From assembly GCA_963738945.1 (NCBI GenBank), contig CAVTYD010000002.1:911027-975026 (forward strand): DNA of 64,000 bases. Direction: 5' to 3'. Source of the DNA: an uncultured Acidobacteriota bacterium. GTDB lineage: Bacteria; Acidobacteriota; Thermoanaerobaculia; UBA5066; Gp7-AA6. Position numbers and translations under genes: made by a program. Below, piece by piece: positions 22,453 to 31,709 of the stretch (positions within the stretch are counted from its first letter, which is position 1; each line of letters opens with the position of its first letter). The notes below the pieces were generated by a model, which worked only from the letters and a program-made list of their open reading frames with translations, made no database searches and was not told where the DNA came from.

Positions 22453-23942
22453 CGGGACGGCGCCTCTCGCCTCTCCTCGCGGCCGCCCTCGCGAGCGCCT
22501 TCTGCCGGCAGGCCCCGGTCCGGCCCGGTCCGTCCGCGACGCGCGTCCCCAAGGGAGACGTCGTGTGGTTCGCGGACCCCGCCGCGGCGAACGACCCGAC
22601 GCTCGACGCGGCGCTCGCGCGGCTCGGCGCCGTCGCGGTCTTTCTCCCGTCTGGAACGCTCGGCGCGTCGCCGGGATCCGGCGTCCTCGCGCCTTCGAGT
22701 CCGCCCGCGCGGCCGTTTCAGAGTCTGCCGGCGGTGCTCGTGCTGGAACCGGACGCCGCGCTGTCCGCGGCACTGACCGGCGCGGATGGGCCCGAGGCCG
22801 GCACGCTCGCGCCGGCGGCCGCGTCCGCGATTTCCCGCGAGATCTCCTCCGGCGCATACGGCCGGGTCGCCGGCGTTCACCTGGACTTTCCGCTCGTGCC
22901 TCGGTCGGCGGCCAGGTATGCCGGGCTCATCGCGGGACTCCGAAGCGGCCTGCCGCCCGGCACCTTCGTCTCGGTGACCCTCGCATCCCTGCCCGCAGCG
23001 CCGGAGGACCGCAGGAAGCTCGCGCCCGTCGTCGATGCCGCCGACGCGCTGGTGGCTTTCGTGTTCGGGACCGGATCCCGGGTCGACCCGATCGCGACGG
23101 ACGGGCTGGGCCGGCCGTGGTGGGTGGGCTACGACTTGCGCGTCGCCGGCGAGCTTCGCGACGCCTCGGGCGCGTCGCGCGGGCCCGTGCCCGAGCGCCT
23201 CCTCGAGCCGCTGTCGGGCAACGCCCGTTTCGAGTTCGAGAACGACCTGACCGGAAACGACGCCAGCGTTTCCGCCTTCACGCTCACGGCGCGCGCCCCG
23301 TTTCGACAGGACGGGTTGTCGATCGAGCCGGGCCAGCGCGTGGCGTTCCGGGTGCCGTCGGTGTCGGAGATGTTGTTCCAGTTGGGCTCCAACCTCGCGG
23401 GCAAGCGCCATGCGCTCGGGCGCGCGATTCTCTTCGGCGGCGCGAGCGAGGGGGAGAGGGTGTTCCCCGTCGGCGCGCTGGAGGACGTTCTGCTGGGCCG
23501 GCCTCTGACGCCCGCGCTCGAGGCCCACGTCCGCCCGGCGGGACGCGGCGCGATCACCGTGGATCTCGTCAACGGATCGCGCCACGCCTCGATTGCCTCG
23601 CGCGTCGACAACTGGGTCGAAGTGGACGTCTCCCCGGCGCATCCCGCCGACGTCCAGGTCGGCGGTTTCGACCGCTACGAGGTCTACGACCGCACGGGCC
23701 GTCCCGTGACGCCGGGTCGAGCCGAGACGGTGCGGCTCTTCGAGACCCTCATCGCTCCGCTCGAGAACGTCTCGCCCGCGCGCATCGCCGTGCGGGGCGC
23801 TCTGCCGGCCCTCTGCTGCCGCTACCGGATCCACGCCGCGTCGGCCGCCGGTCCCGAGATCGCGGGCGATTGGGTCGAGCCGCCCGTACCGCCGACGCCG
23901 GTGCCGTCTCCCCGGCGGCACGCGGCTCCGCGAAAGCGCTAG
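22449..23942 (+). CDS. hypothetical exported protein, translationally coupled to the sensor kinase
   Basis: GTG at 22449 overlaps the kinase stop (GTGA). N-terminal hydrophobic signal RRLSPLLAAALASAFC. 497 aa with no motif I recognise. Confidence 0.55.
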   Translation: MTGRRLSPLLAAALASAFCRQAPVRPGPSATRVPKGDVVWFADPAAANDPTLDAALARLGAVAVFLPSGTLGASPGSGVLAPSSPPARPFQSLPAVLVLEPDAALSAALTGADGPEAGTLAPAAASAISREISSGAYGRVAGVHLDFPLVPRSAARYAGLIAGLRSGLPPGTFVSVTLASLPAAPEDRRKLAPVVDAADALVAFVFGTGSRVDPIATDGLGRPWWVGYDLRVAGELRDASGASRGPVPERLLEPLSGNARFEFENDLTGNDASVSAFTLTARAPFRQDGLSIEPGQRVAFRVPSVSEMLFQLGSNLAGKRHALGRAILFGGASEGERVFPVGALEDVLLGRPLTPALEAHVRPAGRGAITVDLVNGSRHASIASRVDNWVEVDVSPAHPADVQVGGFDRYEVYDRTGRPVTPGRAETVRLFETLIAPLENVSPARIAVRGALPALCCRYRIHAASAAGPEIAGDWVEPPVPPTPVPSPRRHAAPRKR

Positions 23943-24673
23943 CCGGCCGGTTCCTTGCGCCGGAAGAGGCCGACGAGCTTGCCGATGGGGCCCGAGACGG
24001 CGAAGACGAGAGCGAGCGTCGCCAGCGCGATCTCCGGGCGAAGGGCGATCACGGCGAAAAAGAGAGCGATCGCCGGAAGCGTCCAGACCGGCCGCCGCTT
24101 TTTCAGGTCGAGATCCTTGAACGAGCGGTACCGGATCGTCGAGATCATCAGGTAGGAGAGCACGAACGTGAGGACGAGAAGCCCTCCCATCCAGACCCGC
24201 GACTCGAGCCGCTCCGGAGTCGCGAGAACGATGGTGGCGACCACTCCGGCGGCGGCGGGGATGGGGAGGCCGACGAAGAAACGTTTGTCGACGACGTGCG
24301 TCTGGATGTTGAATCGCGCCAGCCGCATCGAGCCGCACACGACGAAGAGAAACGAGGCCATCCAGCCCAGCCGGTGAAAGTCCGCCAGCCCCCAGGAGTA
24401 CGCGAGCACGGCGGGGGCCACGCCGAAGGAGACGAGGTCCGCCAGCGAGTCGTACTCCTCGCCGAACTCCGAGGTCGAATGGGTCATCCGCGCGATGCGC
24501 CCGTCGAGCGCGTCGAGGACTCCGGCCACGATGATCAGGACGGCGGCGAGCTCGAACGTTCCCCGGATCGAGCACCAGATCGAGAGATAGCCGCAGAAGA
24601 GATTCCCGACGGTGAACAGGGTCGGGAGAATGAAGAGACCGCGCGACAGGCGCTCTCGCGAGATCCCCGCCAC
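23939..24673 (-). CDS. pssA: CDP-diacylglycerol--serine O-phosphatidyltransferase
   Basis: ORF 23939..24673. CDP-alcohol phosphatidyltransferase motif DALDGRIARMTHSTSEFGEEYDSLADLV. Confidence 0.9.
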   Translation of the reverse strand: MAGISRERLSRGLFILPTLFTVGNLFCGYLSIWCSIRGTFELAAVLIIVAGVLDALDGRIARMTHSTSEFGEEYDSLADLVSFGVAPAVLAYSWGLADFHRLGWMASFLFVVCGSMRLARFNIQTHVVDKRFFVGLPIPAAAGVVATIVLATPERLESRVWMGGLLVLTFVLSYLMISTIRYRSFKDLDLKKRRPVWTLPAIALFFAVIALRPEIALATLALVFAVSGPIGKLVGLFRRKEPAG

Positions 24674-24674
24674 G

Positions 24675-25310
24675 TCAGGCCCCTCGAGTCCAGCGGGCGA
24701 TCGCCGTGCGTCCGGCCTTCAGCCGGTCGCCCGGCCCGACGAGAATCTCCGCGCCGTCCGGGACGAAGAGGTCGCAGCGCGAGCCGAAGCGGATCAGGCC
24801 GATGCGCTGGCCGCGGACGAGCTCGTCGCCGACGCGCGGGTAGAAGACGATGCGGCGCGCCAGCGCCCCGGCGATCTGCTTGAAGGTCAGGCTGCCGCCC
24901 GGGCCGACGAGTGTGATCCGGTTCTGTTCGTTTTCGAGCGAGGCCTTGTCGGAGAAGGCGGCGTCCTTGCGCCCCCGGACGTAAGCGTAGTCGCCGAGAC
25001 GCCCGGTGACCGGAGCTCGATTGACGTGGCAGTTGAAGACCGACATGAAGACCGACAGCCGCCGGCGGGCGCCGGAAGGAGCCTCCGGGGCCTCGGCGAC
25101 CGAGAGCACGGTCCCGTCGGCCGGGGAGACGATCGTCTCTTCGCCGCCCTCGGGGTGGCGCTCCGGGTCGCGGAAAAACTGCAGCAGAAAAAGCGTGAGC
25201 GCGCCCAAAACGCCTGCCGCCAGCGGGTGGCCGGTCAACCCGGCCACGCCCCCGGCGGCGAGCGGCGGAACGATGAATGCCCAGCCTTCGCGGGCGATGG
25301 GGATCCTCAG
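24675..25310 (-). CDS. psd: phosphatidylserine decarboxylase proenzyme, short form (start probably CTG at 25310)
   Basis: Motifs FFRDPER, VFMSVFNCHVNRAP and LIRFGSRCDLF (GS self-cleavage site). The conserved IAREGWAFIV N-terminal segment lies upstream of the first canonical start (GTG at 25247). Confidence 0.8.
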   Translation of the reverse strand: MRIPIAREGWAFIVPPLAAGGVAGLTGHPLAAGVLGALTLFLLQFFRDPERHPEGGEETIVSPADGTVLSVAEAPEAPSGARRRLSVFMSVFNCHVNRAPVTGRLGDYAYVRGRKDAAFSDKASLENEQNRITLVGPGGSLTFKQIAGALARRIVFYPRVGDELVRGQRIGLIRFGSRCDLFVPDGAEILVGPGDRLKAGRTAIARWTRGA

Positions 25311-25528
25311 CTCGGGACCTCCTCGCGGTGGTTGCGGGAGATGGCTTCCATGCGGTCCTTGAGAAGGAGTTTCTCCTTCTTCAGGCGTTTCTCTTCGATT
25401 TCCTCGTCCTCGGAGAGCCGGGACTTTTCGGCCAACTCGTGGAGCCGTTCCTCGTGGTGGCGGTGTTCATCGCGGAGGCGGCGAAACTCCGGGTCGGAGA
25501 CGGCGGTCTCGCTGTTGCCGTATTCCAT
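25307..25528 (-). CDS. DUF465 (YdcH-like) small coiled-coil protein
   Basis: 73 aa. Pattern DPEFRRLRDEHRHHEERL...EIEEKRLKKEKLLLKDRM matches the family. Confidence 0.8.
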   Translation of the reverse strand: MEYGNSETAVSDPEFRRLRDEHRHHEERLHELAEKSRLSEDEEIEEKRLKKEKLLLKDRMEAISRNHREEVPS

Positions 25529-25654
25529 CGGGTCAAACCTCCTTGTGTTGTGTGGGGAAAAGAGGCGGGGCCGATCACGCCCCTAGTCTAGCCTCGGGTC
25601 CGGAGGGATTCAACGGGTCGCGAAACCGGCGGGAAAACGGGATTTCCCGAGGGC

Positions 25655-26143
25655 TCAGGCGCGGCCGGCATCGAGCGCCATCACCAGCACGAGGGCATCC
25701 TCGCCGTCCTGGTAATACGCACGACGGCGGTACGCCTCGGTGAAATCGTACGAGCGGTAGAAGGCGCGCGCCGCGTCGTTCGAGACCCGGACCTCGAGTG
25801 TGACCGCCGTGGAACCCATCGAGCGGGCGCGGGCGAGCGCGTCCTCGAGGAGCTGGCGGCCGAAGCCCCGCCGCCGCAGCCGCGCATCCGTGGCGATCTT
25901 GTTGATGTGGAACTCCTCGTAGAGCGAGACCGCGAACAGGTAGCCCCCGATGCGAGGCTCCTCGTCGGTCTCACCGACGAGGACCCTCAGGTACCGGTGC
26001 GGCTCGACGAGCTCGCTCGCGAAGAACTCCCGCTTCCACGGAACGGGGAACGATTCGGATTCGATCCGGGCGATCTCGTCGAGGTCGAACGGTCCCGGCG
26101 GACGCAGGCGGTACGGCCGCTCGCGCGGCTCACGCAGCGCCAT
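25655..26143 (-). CDS. rimI: ribosomal-protein-alanine N-acetyltransferase (GNAT)
   Basis: Inner ATG at 26143 of ORF 25655..26272. GNAT motif INKIATDARLRRRGFGRQLLEDAL. Overlaps the tsaB end, matching the usual tsaB-rimI pairing. Confidence 0.85.
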   Translation of the reverse strand: MALREPRERPYRLRPPGPFDLDEIARIESESFPVPWKREFFASELVEPHRYLRVLVGETDEEPRIGGYLFAVSLYEEFHINKIATDARLRRRGFGRQLLEDALARARSMGSTAVTLEVRVSNDAARAFYRSYDFTEAYRRRAYYQDGEDALVLVMALDAGRA

Positions 26144-26771
26144 GCTTTTCCTCCGCGGCGCTCGGCCTCGAATAGACGGCCGGAAGCCCGAGGCTCGGGT
26201 CCGGCGGGCGTCCCTCGCCGGGCCGGCGGGAGATGGCTTCGGCGAGCGCGGCCGCGGGAGTTCGCGCGCCACGCTCCGAGCCTTCGGCCGCGGTCATCGC
26301 CTCGATGGGATCGCCGGCGGCGAACGCCGCGAGATCCTCGGACCGCAACAGACGCCGGGGAGCCATCGAGCGCGCTCTCGGGCCGTCGAGGTCGAATCGC
26401 TCGGCCACGAAGTCTCCTCGGCCGGCGTCGAGTGCGGCGACGATGCGGCTCCTTCCGGTCACGCGAGCGGCCTCGGCCATCGCCTCGAGCGTCGAAACGG
26501 TCTCGACGGGAATTCCCGTGGCTCGCGAGAGACCCCACGCGGTCGCGAGGCCGACGCGCAATCCCGTGAACGAGCCGGGACCGGCGCAGACACCGATGCG
26601 GGTGCAGTCGCCGAGCGCGAGTCCGGCGGCCGCGAGCGCCCGGCGGACCGCCGGCAGGAGATCTTCGGAGGCGCGCCGGTCTTCGGGCAGCGGCTCCTCG
26701 AAGAGGCGGGCGCCGACGATCAGCGCGACCGCCGGCTTCGGGCTGGCGGTGTCGATGGTCAGAACGGTCAT
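26130..26771 (-). CDS. tsaB: tRNA N6-threonylcarbamoyladenosine biosynthesis protein TsaB (YeaZ)
   Basis: ORF 26130..26771. Translation LTIDTASPKPAVAL...GVCAGPGSFTGLRVGLATAWGL is typical. Confidence 0.87.
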   Translation of the reverse strand: MTVLTIDTASPKPAVALIVGARLFEEPLPEDRRASEDLLPAVRRALAAAGLALGDCTRIGVCAGPGSFTGLRVGLATAWGLSRATGIPVETVSTLEAMAEAARVTGRSRIVAALDAGRGDFVAERFDLDGPRARSMAPRRLLRSEDLAAFAAGDPIEAMTAAEGSERGARTPAAALAEAISRRPGEGRPPDPSLGLPAVYSRPSAAEEKHGAA

Positions 26772-26821
26772 CTCAGCATCGGACGCGACGAAGTCCGCGC
26801 CCGTGACAGTATGCTAGCACC

Positions 26822-29377
26822 GTGAGTGCGACGCCCGGGCGCGTGACCCCCATGCTGCGCCAGTACTTCGAGATGAAGAACCGGGTGCCCGACGCGATCC
26901 TCCTCTATCGGATGGGCGACTTCTACGAGATGTTCTTCGACGACGCGCGCGACGCGGCGCCGCTGCTCGGAATCGCGCTGACCCGGCGCCACCGCGATTC
27001 GGACATCGAGGCGCCGATGTGCGGCGTGCCTCACCAGAGCGTGGATCATCACGTCGCCCGTCTCGTCGCGGCGGGCCGGAAGGTCGCCATCTGCGACCAG
27101 ATGGAGGATGCCCGCGGGGCGAAGGGCCTGGTCCGCCGCGACATCACCCGCGTCGTGACGCCCGGGACCGTGCTCGACCCCGAGTCGCTCGCTCCCGGGG
27201 CCCCGTCATACCTCGCCGCCCTTCTGCCTCTCGAACCGGACTGGGGCGTCGCCTTCCTGGACATCTCGACGGGGCGCTTTCTCGCGGGCACGGTGAAGGC
27301 GGCCCGCGTCGCGGACGCGCTCGCGCTGTTCCGGCCGCGGGAGATTCTTCTTCCCGAGGGCGGCGGCTCGGTGGCCTGCGAGGCGGCGGTGACGAGGCGG
27401 TCCGAGTCGTGGTGGAGCGCGGCCCGCGAGCGCGGCGGACGATTCGAGGTCGGCGCGGACTCCGCGGCCGCGGCGGCCGGCGCGGCGCTCGCGTATGCGC
27501 ACGAGATGCGGCCGGGCGGCCTGGAGCACATCGGCGCGCCGGGCGCCCTCGCCTTCGATTCGCGGATGGGCCTGGATGCCGCGGCGATCGCGACCCTCGA
27601 GCTCTTCGAGTCCTCCGACGGCGGCCGGGAGGCGAGCCTGCTCGCGCTCGTGGACCGGACGCGGACGCCTCTCGGCGCCAGGGCTCTCCGGGAGGCTCTT
27701 TCTCATCCGTCCCTCGATCCGATCGAGCTGGCCGCGCGGTGGGACGCGGTCGAGGAGTTGAAGGACGAGTCGGCGGCCGCCGAGAGACTCCAGAAGGCGC
27801 TCGAAGCGGTCGGAGATCTCGAACGGCGCTTTGCCCGCATCGCCGTCGGCTCGGCCGGCCCCCGCGAGGTCGCGGCCCTGGGCTCCGGACTCGCGGCGGT
27901 GCCGTCGGTGATCGAGGCCGCCGGCTCCTTCCAGGCGGCGCGGCTGCGCTCGCTGCGGGAGTCGGTTCCGGCCATGGCCGACTGCGTTGCGCGCATCGAG
28001 GCGACACTCTCTCCGGAGCCGCCGATCCTCGCCTCCTCGGGTGGCGCGATTCGAGACGGCGCCGACGGCGAGCTCGACCAGCTCCGGGCCCTCAGGCGCG
28101 ATGCCCAGGGGGCGTTGCTCTCGATCGAGGCGGAGGAGCGCAAGCGCTCCGGGATCGCATCGGTCAAGGTCCGGTTCAACCGGGTGTTCGGGTACTCGCT
28201 GGAAGTCGGCAATGCCCATCGCGAGAAGGTGCCGGCCGACTGGATTCGCCGCCAGTCGCTCGCCAACGCCGAACGCTACGTCACGCCCGCCCTGAAAGAT
28301 CTCGAGGAGAAGATCCTCGGCGCCGAAGATCGGATCGGGGAGATCGAAGGGCGCATCTATGCGGATCTGCTCGCGGAGCTCTCGCGCGCCGGCGACCGGG
28401 TGACGCGGACGGCCGCCGCGATGGCGGAGCTCGATCTCCACGCCAGCCTCGCCGACGTCGCCCGGCGCGGACGCTGGGTCCGCCCCCGGCTCTCGCCGAC
28501 GGCGCGTCTCCGGATCGTGGGAGGACGCCACCCGATCGTCGAGAGCGTGCGGCGCGAGGAGTCTTTCATTCCGAACGACACGGATCTCTCGCCGGAGCGG
28601 CGGATCCAGCTCGTGACCGGCCCGAACATGGGCGGCAAGTCCACGTATCTGCGGCAGGTCGCGACGATCGCGCTCCTCGCGCAGGCCGGGTCGTTCGTGC
28701 CGGCCGAAGAGGCGGAGCTGTCCCTCGTGGACCGGATCTTCACCCGGGTCGGCGCGGCCGACCACCTTTCGCGGGGAGAGTCGACCTTCATGGTGGAGAT
28801 GCTCGAGTCGGCGGCGATCCTGCGGGAGGCCACGCCGCGGAGCCTCGTGATCCTCGACGAGGTGGGGCGCGGCACGTCCACCTTCGACGGTCTCTCGATC
28901 GCGTGGGCCCTGCTCGAGCATCTGCACGACGCGCCCGAACGCGCCGGGTTCGTCCTGTTCGCGACGCACTACCACGAGCTGACCGAGATTGCCCTCGTGC
29001 GGCCGGCGGTCGTGAACACGACGATGGCGGTCAAGGAAATCGGCGGCCGGGTGGTGTTCCTGCGCAAGGTCGTCCCGGGCGCCGCCGATCGCAGCTACGG
29101 CATCCACGTCGCGGAGCTCGCCGGCCTCCCGGCGGCGGTGATCGGCCGGGCGCGGGAAGTGCTCGCCAATCTCGAAAGGCAGGAGCTCGACGTCCAGGGC
29201 GCGCCCGTGATCGCCCGGACCGGGGGCCAGAGCGCGGGCAGCGGCCAGTTCCTGCTCTTCTCGGCGGAGGAGGAGCTGGCGCTCGAGAAGCTGCGATCCG
29301 TGGACGTGAACCAGTTGACGCCGATCGCGGCGCTTTCGCTCCTGGGCGCGCTGCAGGAGCGGCTGAAGGGCCGGTGA
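26822..29377 (+). CDS. mutS: DNA mismatch repair protein MutS
   Basis: ORF 26822..29377. Motifs TPMLRQYFEMK, YRMGDFYEMF and Walker A GPNMGGKSTYLRQ, plus DEVGRGTSTFDG. Confidence 0.96.
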   Translation: MSATPGRVTPMLRQYFEMKNRVPDAILLYRMGDFYEMFFDDARDAAPLLGIALTRRHRDSDIEAPMCGVPHQSVDHHVARLVAAGRKVAICDQMEDARGAKGLVRRDITRVVTPGTVLDPESLAPGAPSYLAALLPLEPDWGVAFLDISTGRFLAGTVKAARVADALALFRPREILLPEGGGSVACEAAVTRRSESWWSAARERGGRFEVGADSAAAAAGAALAYAHEMRPGGLEHIGAPGALAFDSRMGLDAAAIATLELFESSDGGREASLLALVDRTRTPLGARALREALSHPSLDPIELAARWDAVEELKDESAAAERLQKALEAVGDLERRFARIAVGSAGPREVAALGSGLAAVPSVIEAAGSFQAARLRSLRESVPAMADCVARIEATLSPEPPILASSGGAIRDGADGELDQLRALRRDAQGALLSIEAEERKRSGIASVKVRFNRVFGYSLEVGNAHREKVPADWIRRQSLANAERYVTPALKDLEEKILGAEDRIGEIEGRIYADLLAELSRAGDRVTRTAAAMAELDLHASLADVARRGRWVRPRLSPTARLRIVGGRHPIVESVRREESFIPNDTDLSPERRIQLVTGPNMGGKSTYLRQVATIALLAQAGSFVPAEEAELSLVDRIFTRVGAADHLSRGESTFMVEMLESAAILREATPRSLVILDEVGRGTSTFDGLSIAWALLEHLHDAPERAGFVLFATHYHELTEIALVRPAVVNTTMAVKEIGGRVVFLRKVVPGAADRSYGIHVAELAGLPAAVIGRAREVLANLERQELDVQGAPVIARTGGQSAGSGQFLLFSAEEELALEKLRSVDVNQLTPIAALSLLGALQERLKGR

Positions 29378-30375
29378 CCTCGCGTCTCTTCGGCGTCGGC
29401 CTCGCGGGCGCGGCGCTCGAGCCGGCCGAGCGCGAGATCCTGGCGGCGTTTCCGCCGCGCGGCGTCATTCTCTTCGCGCGCAACCTGGAGTCTCTCGACC
29501 GGCTCGCCCGCCTCGTCGCGGACCTGCGTGGCCTCGGCGTCGCGCGCCTCTATCTCGACCAGGAGGGCGGTCCGGTCGATCGCCTGCGCGATCTCGTCGG
29601 TCCCTCGCCCTCGTTCGCGCTGGCGGCGAGAAGACGGGCCGCGCGCCGCGCCGGTGAGACGGCGGGGGCGATGCTGACGGCGCTCGGTTTCGACGTGGAC
29701 CTGGCTCCCGTCGTGGATCGAGGGATCCCGGGCGCCGGAGCCCTCGTGCTCGGCGAGCGATGTGCCTCGGCAGATCCGGGAGCGATCGTCCGCGCGGCCG
29801 GAGACTTTCTCGACGGTCTCCATTCCCGGGGGGTGGGGGGGTGCCTGAAGCACTTCCCGGGTCTCGGCCGCGCGCGGGTCGACACGCACGAGAGGCTTCC
29901 GGCGCTGCCTTCCGATCCTCGGGAGGAGGCGCTCGACCTCGAGCCGTTCCAAAGGCTCATGGAGCGAGCTCGCGCCGTCATGGTGTCGCACGCGGCCGAC
30001 GACGACGGCATGCCGGCGTCTCTGTCCGCGCGCGTCGCGACGGGATTGTTGCGAAGCGAGCTGCGGTTCACGGGCGCGGCGTTCTCGGATGACCTCGAGA
30101 TGGGCGCCCTCGCGGAGTTCGGCGGTTTGCCGGAGCGGTGCGTCCGCGCCGCCGTCGCAGGCTGCGACCTTCTCCTCGTCTGCCGGAGGATCGCGGACTA
30201 TCCCGCCTGCGTCGAGGCGGTCGAGCGTGCCGTCCCGGGTCCCCGGCGTGACGAGGCTTCGAGCCGCCTCGACGCGTACGACCGGCACGTGGAAGGCCTC
30301 CGTGAAGCCGCGGGTCCGCCCTCGGAGACCATCGCGGCGATCCGAGAAGAGTTGCGCGCGATCGCTTCGGGGTAG
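29374..30375 (+). CDS. nagZ: beta-N-acetylhexosaminidase (GH3, NagZ-like)
   Basis: GTG at 29374 (GTGA overlap with mutS). Motifs DQEGGPVDRL and KHFPGLGRARVDTHE. Confidence 0.85.
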   Translation: MTSRLFGVGLAGAALEPAEREILAAFPPRGVILFARNLESLDRLARLVADLRGLGVARLYLDQEGGPVDRLRDLVGPSPSFALAARRRAARRAGETAGAMLTALGFDVDLAPVVDRGIPGAGALVLGERCASADPGAIVRAAGDFLDGLHSRGVGGCLKHFPGLGRARVDTHERLPALPSDPREEALDLEPFQRLMERARAVMVSHAADDDGMPASLSARVATGLLRSELRFTGAAFSDDLEMGALAEFGGLPERCVRAAVAGCDLLLVCRRIADYPACVEAVERAVPGPRRDEASSRLDAYDRHVEGLREAAGPPSETIAAIREELRAIASG

Positions 30376-30386
30376 CGGCCTCTCGA

Positions 30387-30680
30387 TCAGGTCGGCAGGC
30401 CTTCGATCGCGATCAGCCTCGCGGTCGAGCAGGACTGACGCATCGCCTTGGCCGCCGCGTATTCCTCCGACTCCCACCATCGACGTGCCCGGTCGAGCGA
30501 CGGAAACTCGAGGATGACCAGGCGTCCGGGGCCGGCGTCGCCCTCGAGCGCATCGGTGCGGCCTCCGCGCGCGAGATAGCGCCCGCCGTAGGCCGCGATC
30601 GCCGATGGCGCGAGCTTCTTGTAGTCCTCGTACCGGGCGGAATCCCGGACGTCGACCTCGATGACGACGTAGGCCGGCAT
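30387..30680 (-). CDS. DUF1330 domain protein
   Basis: Inner ATG at 30680. 97-aa translation MPAYVVIEVDVRDSARYEDYKK...LVILEFPSLDRARRWWESEEY is typical DUF1330. Confidence 0.8.
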   Translation of the reverse strand: MPAYVVIEVDVRDSARYEDYKKLAPSAIAAYGGRYLARGGRTDALEGDAGPGRLVILEFPSLDRARRWWESEEYAAAKAMRQSCSTARLIAIEGLPT

Positions 30681-30684
30681 CCGG

Positions 30685-31119
30685 CTAGAACGGCACGTCG
30701 TCGTCGTAGCCGGCGCCGGCGGCGGCGGTGGCCGGCTCGGGGGTCTCGGCGACTTCTCGAGCCGGGCCGGCGGAACGGGCTCCGTCTTCGCGGCGGCCGA
30801 GCATGACGACATTGGAAGCCTTGATCTCGGTCTTGTATCGCTTCTGCCCGTTCTGGTCTTCCCAGCTGCGGGTCTGCAGGCTGCCCTCGACGTAGACCTG
30901 CTTGCCCTTCTGCAGGTATTCGCCGCAGATCTGCGCGAGCTTTTCCCAGGCCACGATGTCGTGCCACTCGGTGCGCTCCTGCTTGGCGCCCGAGGCATCC
31001 TTCCACGCGGTCGTGGTCGCGAGCGAGAAGCGCGCGAGCGTGGTGCCTTGAGGGGTCGTGCGGATCTCCGGGTCCTTTCCGAGGTTTCCGATCAGGATCA
31101 CTTTGTTGACGCTGGCCAT
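30685..31119 (-). CDS. ssb: single-stranded DNA-binding protein
   Basis: ORF 30685..31119. OB-fold N-terminus [18 protein letters not shown] and acidic C-terminal tip DDDVPF. Confidence 0.95.
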   Translation of the reverse strand: MASVNKVILIGNLGKDPEIRTTPQGTTLARFSLATTTAWKDASGAKQERTEWHDIVAWEKLAQICGEYLQKGKQVYVEGSLQTRSWEDQNGQKRYKTEIKASNVVMLGRREDGARSAGPAREVAETPEPATAAAGAGYDDDVPF

Positions 31120-31239
31120 GTGTTCGCCCTCCTTTCAGGTGCTGACACGATATTCCACTTTCCCCGGAGACAGATGATGTCCGGGCGAAGGAAGCGAGCG
31201 GCGGGCGTTCCCGAGCGAGAGCGGGCAGCCCCGCGGGCG

Positions 31240-31245
31240 TAGAAT
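31240..31245 (+). promoter_or_regulatory. putative -10 box TAGAAT upstream of ORF 31278
   Basis: TAGAAT hexamer in the ssb/31278 divergent intergenic region, about 33 nt before the TTG start. Confidence 0.35.
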
Positions 31246-31277
31246 CGGCCGAGCTTCCGGGAAGAGGCCCCAACGAC

Positions 31278-31709
31278 TTGCCGAGACGTTCGCCGCTCGC
31301 GGCCCGCGGGAGCGCCGCAGTCCTCCTCGTTCTCATCGCCCTTCAGGTGCACCGGCGCGGCTCCGTCCGGCAGTGGCCCTCGACGGTGATCACGAATGCC
31401 TACGTTCCGCTCCGAGCGGCAGAGCCATTGCTCCTCTTCCTGCAGGAGGTGGCGCGGCGCGTCCCGGACGGGGATCGCGTCGTCGTCCTGGCGGGCGACG
31501 ATTCCATCCTCGGATCGGCAGAGCTGGGCCCGAAATTCCTGTTCGGCCTCAGTCAGCTGCCGAGACAGATCGTCCTGCCCGAGCGAGAGCTCGAGTCGAC
31601 GGCCCCCGGGACGCTTTGGGTGGCGTGCTTCGGGAGGGCGTTCGCGGACGAGCGCTTCCGGCCGGTGGCGAGCTTTGCGGGCGGAACCCTGTTCCGGAGC
31701 GCGCCGTGA
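31278..31709 (+). CDS. hypothetical membrane-anchored protein
   Basis: ORF 31278..31709 with a TTG start. N-terminal TM segment AAVLLVLIAL and G/C-rich third codon positions. GTGA overlap with the next gene. Confidence 0.5.
   Translation: MPRRSPLAARGSAAVLLVLIALQVHRRGSVRQWPSTVITNAYVPLRAAEPLLLFLQEVARRVPDGDRVVVLAGDDSILGSAELGPKFLFGLSQLPRQIVLPERELESTAPGTLWVACFGRAFADERFRPVASFAGGTLFRSAP

Noticed and set aside
25630-25649. Hairpin CGGGAAA-acggga-TTTCCCG downstream of rimI as an intrinsic terminator
   Set aside because: No U-tract follows on the rimI (minus) strand. The stem is short and A/T-containing, so the evidence is too weak to call.
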